DNA of 16,071 bases from Candidatus Thorarchaeota archaeon (lineage in GTDB: Archaea > Asgardarchaeota > Thorarchaeia > Thorarchaeales > Thorarchaeaceae): the NCBI GenBank assembly GCA_020348985.1, contig CP070761.1, positions 2,195,889-2,211,959 on the forward strand, in the 5' to 3' direction. The notes beneath the pieces were generated by a model. It was not told the origin of the DNA. It saw only the letters and a program-made list of their open reading frames with translations, and made no database searches. The position numbers were made by a program, and so were the translations under genes. Of the stretch, positions 13,861 to 16,071 are shown piece after piece; positions within the stretch are counted from its first letter, which is position 1; each line of letters starts with the position of its first letter.

Positions 13861-16071
13861 CTACCGATCCATGGTCACTCCACAGAATGGGCAGGCAACG
13901 GTTCTCCCTGCCTTCAGTTCGTTGACAAATTCAGCCGGTAGGCTGCCGGCGCACATAGGACAAAGCCAAGCACTGAGCTTCTGACTAATCTCATCAATCG
14001 CAGGCATTATCATTGCCTCGTCCTCGCCTGACATCCTGACTCTGCAGGTAGCCCCTGCTACACCAGGTCTCCCTGTTATGATGATGTCTACACCGATGTT
14101 CTTCCCAGTGTACTTTCCTGCAGCCCATCCGATGATTCTGGTCTCTGTATGTTCGCCGACCTTTGTTGTCGAGCTCTCGACCTCATAGAAGTTCGTGTTC
14201 TTCAGAATCCTCACTGTCTTTTCGTGCATCTGTTCAGGAGTCCAATCATCAACTTTCAGAGACGCTTCTCCATGTTCAAATTCCGTTATCCTGAGTTTGT
14301 AGTCTTCCGGAGTGATGCTCTCTGGGCTTAGCAAGTCGCAGACGGCACGAATTGTGTAAGGCTCGGTTGTCATCGAGTGTACCTGTCCGCTATGGTCAAC
14401 GTAAGACACACTGGCCACAATGTTACCTTTGACACAATCTTGAGTCGGCAAGAACTCGAAACTGGGACTTCTGAATCCCTTTGGGTCAATCTTTGGAACT
14501 ATCTTACTAATGTCACCTTCGAGATTCAGACTGTCTCGTGGAAATGATGAGATGGTAACAGTCACATCGGTGATCACACTGGGGGAGTTGTTTACGACCT
14601 TGACCTTGTATCGGAATCTGTTACCGACAAACTGTGCTCCTCTAAGTACCTGCACTTCGGTGTCCGGAACCAACGCTGGCTCAGCTATTGCCTCTTCGTA
14701 CGGTGGTATCTCCTCTACAAGCTCGATGGGCACCTCGGGCAGAAGCGGTTTCCTTCTTCTCTTGAGAACAATAACGACTCCCACAAATAGAACTATCCCC
14801 GCTCCCCCTGCCAAAATGCCTGCCAGTGTTGCGTCTGGGGGCGGCGGAGGAGGTGCCGTGGTCACAGCGGCAATGTAGACAACTGTCACGTTGTGTTTCG
14901 CTGAATGGCCGTATGAATCAGATACGACCAGTTCATAGTAGTGTTCGGTTCCAGCCATGCCTACAGGGACGTCGAAGGATATTGCTCGGCTTGCAGGAGT
15001 ATCTGTAATCACGAGTACTTGGTCCCTATAGATGCTATAGGAACTAGGATAGCTGCCATGGACTGTCCAAGTCAGACTGTACCCTTCTGTGTTCTCGGGC
15101 ACTTCAAGGGACTCCTCACCAACGATTACTGGTGTCAAGTCCGATCTGCTATTCACAGAGATGATTATCGAATCACCAATTTGAGCTCCGCTGACTGCCC
15201 AAACGGTCATCATCACGTCCCAGACACCTGGTGGGAAGTCGAAGAGCTCAATGGTGATACTGCCCCCTTCCCAACTTCCAGAAGCAAACAGCGTCCCGTT
15301 CCGTTTCACCTCGTAGTGGGAGGGATGGGCATGAGATGGAAGCCAGGTAATCGAGTATTCTTCGTCACCCTCATCAATAGCAACATCAGTTGGGTGAGTA
15401 ATCGTTGGCAGAACATCGGTTTTGGTCACCCATACCGTATCGAAAACGTGATGATTCGCGTCATCCCAATAGTCAATGGTGATATTGTGGTGACCTACCA
15501 ATAGTCCATCTAGGCTCAACCAGAAATCATCATCCGGATTATAAGATACACCAGATTTGGCCACTGTTCCGTTTCTTAGGATTCTGTATCCTCCCGGATC
15601 AACATCATAGATTCTCCAAGCTACTGCATCACCTGTCTGATAGAAGTCTAGCTCCAGGTCGCCTGGGTGCGTTATCATTGGAAAGATGGGGTCGTAGATC
15701 TGAGGATGGTGGTCATAGCTGCCGGCCGGTCCGCCTATGAAGTACCAGCCAGCCCCGGAATAGTCGCTCCAGAGATTGCCCTGCAAGACTCCATCGTCCC
15801 AATAGTTGTTCGTCCCACCGTCTTCAACAACACTGTGGACGAATATGTTGCCCACAACGAAATGATCGGAACCAGCCAATACTAGTCCGTTGCCATGGCA
15901 GAAGGCGAACAGATTGTCAACAATTGTGAATCCTGTACACAGCACATCATCGTCTAAACCATTGTCACATTCCCACATGCGATTGCCATTGAATTCGATG
16001 TCACTGGAATTCTGAGCGTCGATTGCGTTCCCATTGTATTCTAGTGTGTTGTTCAACACCAGTCCCTTGGA
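13861..16071 (-). CDS. 5'-truncated single-pass surface protein: beta-helix (NosD-like), 3 Ig-like repeats, poly-Pro stalk, TM, cytoplasmic adaptin/coatomer-appendage-like domain, C-terminal CxxC..CxxC zinc ribbon
   Basis: The frame stays open to the window edge (…SKGL precedes the ORF-track start). Beta-helix coils end in 'DGGTNNYWDDG..GNLWSDY'. Three repeats of about 91 aa follow, then PPPPPP (14836-14853), the TM (14764-14826) with KRRRK, a globular region of about 230 aa, and CPMC…CPFC. Confidence 0.9.
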   Translation of the reverse strand, partial: SKGLVLNNTLEYNGNAIDAQNSSDIEFNGNRMWECDNGLDDDVLCTGFTIVDNLFAFCHGNGLVLAGSDHFVVGNIFVHSVVEDGGTNNYWDDGVLQGNLWSDYSGAGWYFIGGPAGSYDHHPQIYDPIFPMITHPGDLELDFYQTGDAVAWRIYDVDPGGYRILRNGTVAKSGVSYNPDDDFWLSLDGLLVGHHNITIDYWDDANHHVFDTVWVTKTDVLPTITHPTDVAIDEGDEEYSITWLPSHAHPSHYEVKRNGTLFASGSWEGGSITIELFDFPPGVWDVMMTVWAVSGAQIGDSIIISVNSRSDLTPVIVGEESLEVPENTEGYSLTWTVHGSYPSSYSIYRDQVLVITDTPASRAISFDVPVGMAGTEHYYELVVSDSYGHSAKHNVTVVYIAAVTTAPPPPPPDATLAGILAGGAGIVLFVGVVIVLKRRRKPLLPEVPIELVEEIPPYEEAIAEPALVPDTEVQVLRGAQFVGNRFRYKVKVVNNSPSVITDVTVTISSFPRDSLNLEGDISKIVPKIDPKGFRSPSFEFLPTQDCVKGNIVASVSYVDHSGQVHSMTTEPYTIRAVCDLLSPESITPEDYKLRITEFEHGEASLKVDDWTPEQMHEKTVRILKNTNFYEVESSTTKVGEHTETRIIGWAAGKYTGKNIGVDIIITGRPGVAGATCRVRMSGEDEAMIMPAIDEISQKLSAWLCPMCAGSLPAEFVNELKAGRTVACPFCGVTMDR
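14870..15681 (-). repeat. Three tandem Ig-like protein repeats within the large surface protein
   Basis: Repeats start PMITHPGD (15681), PTITHPTD (15408) and PVIVGEES (15132), i.e. 273 and 276 nt apart. They share a W, 'P..Y.I/V.R[ND]' and a terminal 'D/N.V.V'-like strand. Confidence 0.75.

Noticed and set aside
40-15885. Numerous 60-187 aa ORFs antisense to or out of frame with the called genes (for example 1099-1461, 6103-6600, 7617-8153, 9267-9740, 14941-15504)
   Set aside because: Shadow ORFs of real genes, with no recognisable motifs or independent ribosome-binding sites noticed.

Overview
An archaeal chromosomal segment, probably from an Asgard archaeon (Thorarchaeia-like). That assignment is inferred from the paired NosD/Ig surface proteins, the small 'DMRQPLY' winged-helix protein, a TrmB regulator, and GTG/TTG starts with GGAG/GGTG-type ribosome-binding sites. 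It holds about 16-17 genes. From the left: a membrane-anchored ArsR-type HTH protein; an ArsR-type regulator divergent from an operon of an aldo/keto reductase and two luciferase-like (probably F420-dependent) oxidoreductases; several membrane or secreted proteins; an SLC49/FLVCR-like MFS transporter; a DinB-family protein; a DUF3795/wHTH pair divergent from TrmB; and a large single-pass surface protein whose 5' end is cut off by the right edge. The most notable observation is in that last protein. Its extracellular part (beta-helix plus three Ig-like repeats) is joined through one TM helix to a cytoplasmic region that looks like an adaptin/coatomer appendage ('ear') domain followed by a zinc ribbon, suggesting a receptor with a built-in coat-adaptor module. 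Both regulator-containing divergent promoter regions carry tandem palindromic operator pairs. No rRNA, tRNA, CRISPR array or mobile element was seen. All family calls come from motif recognition by eye, not database searches.
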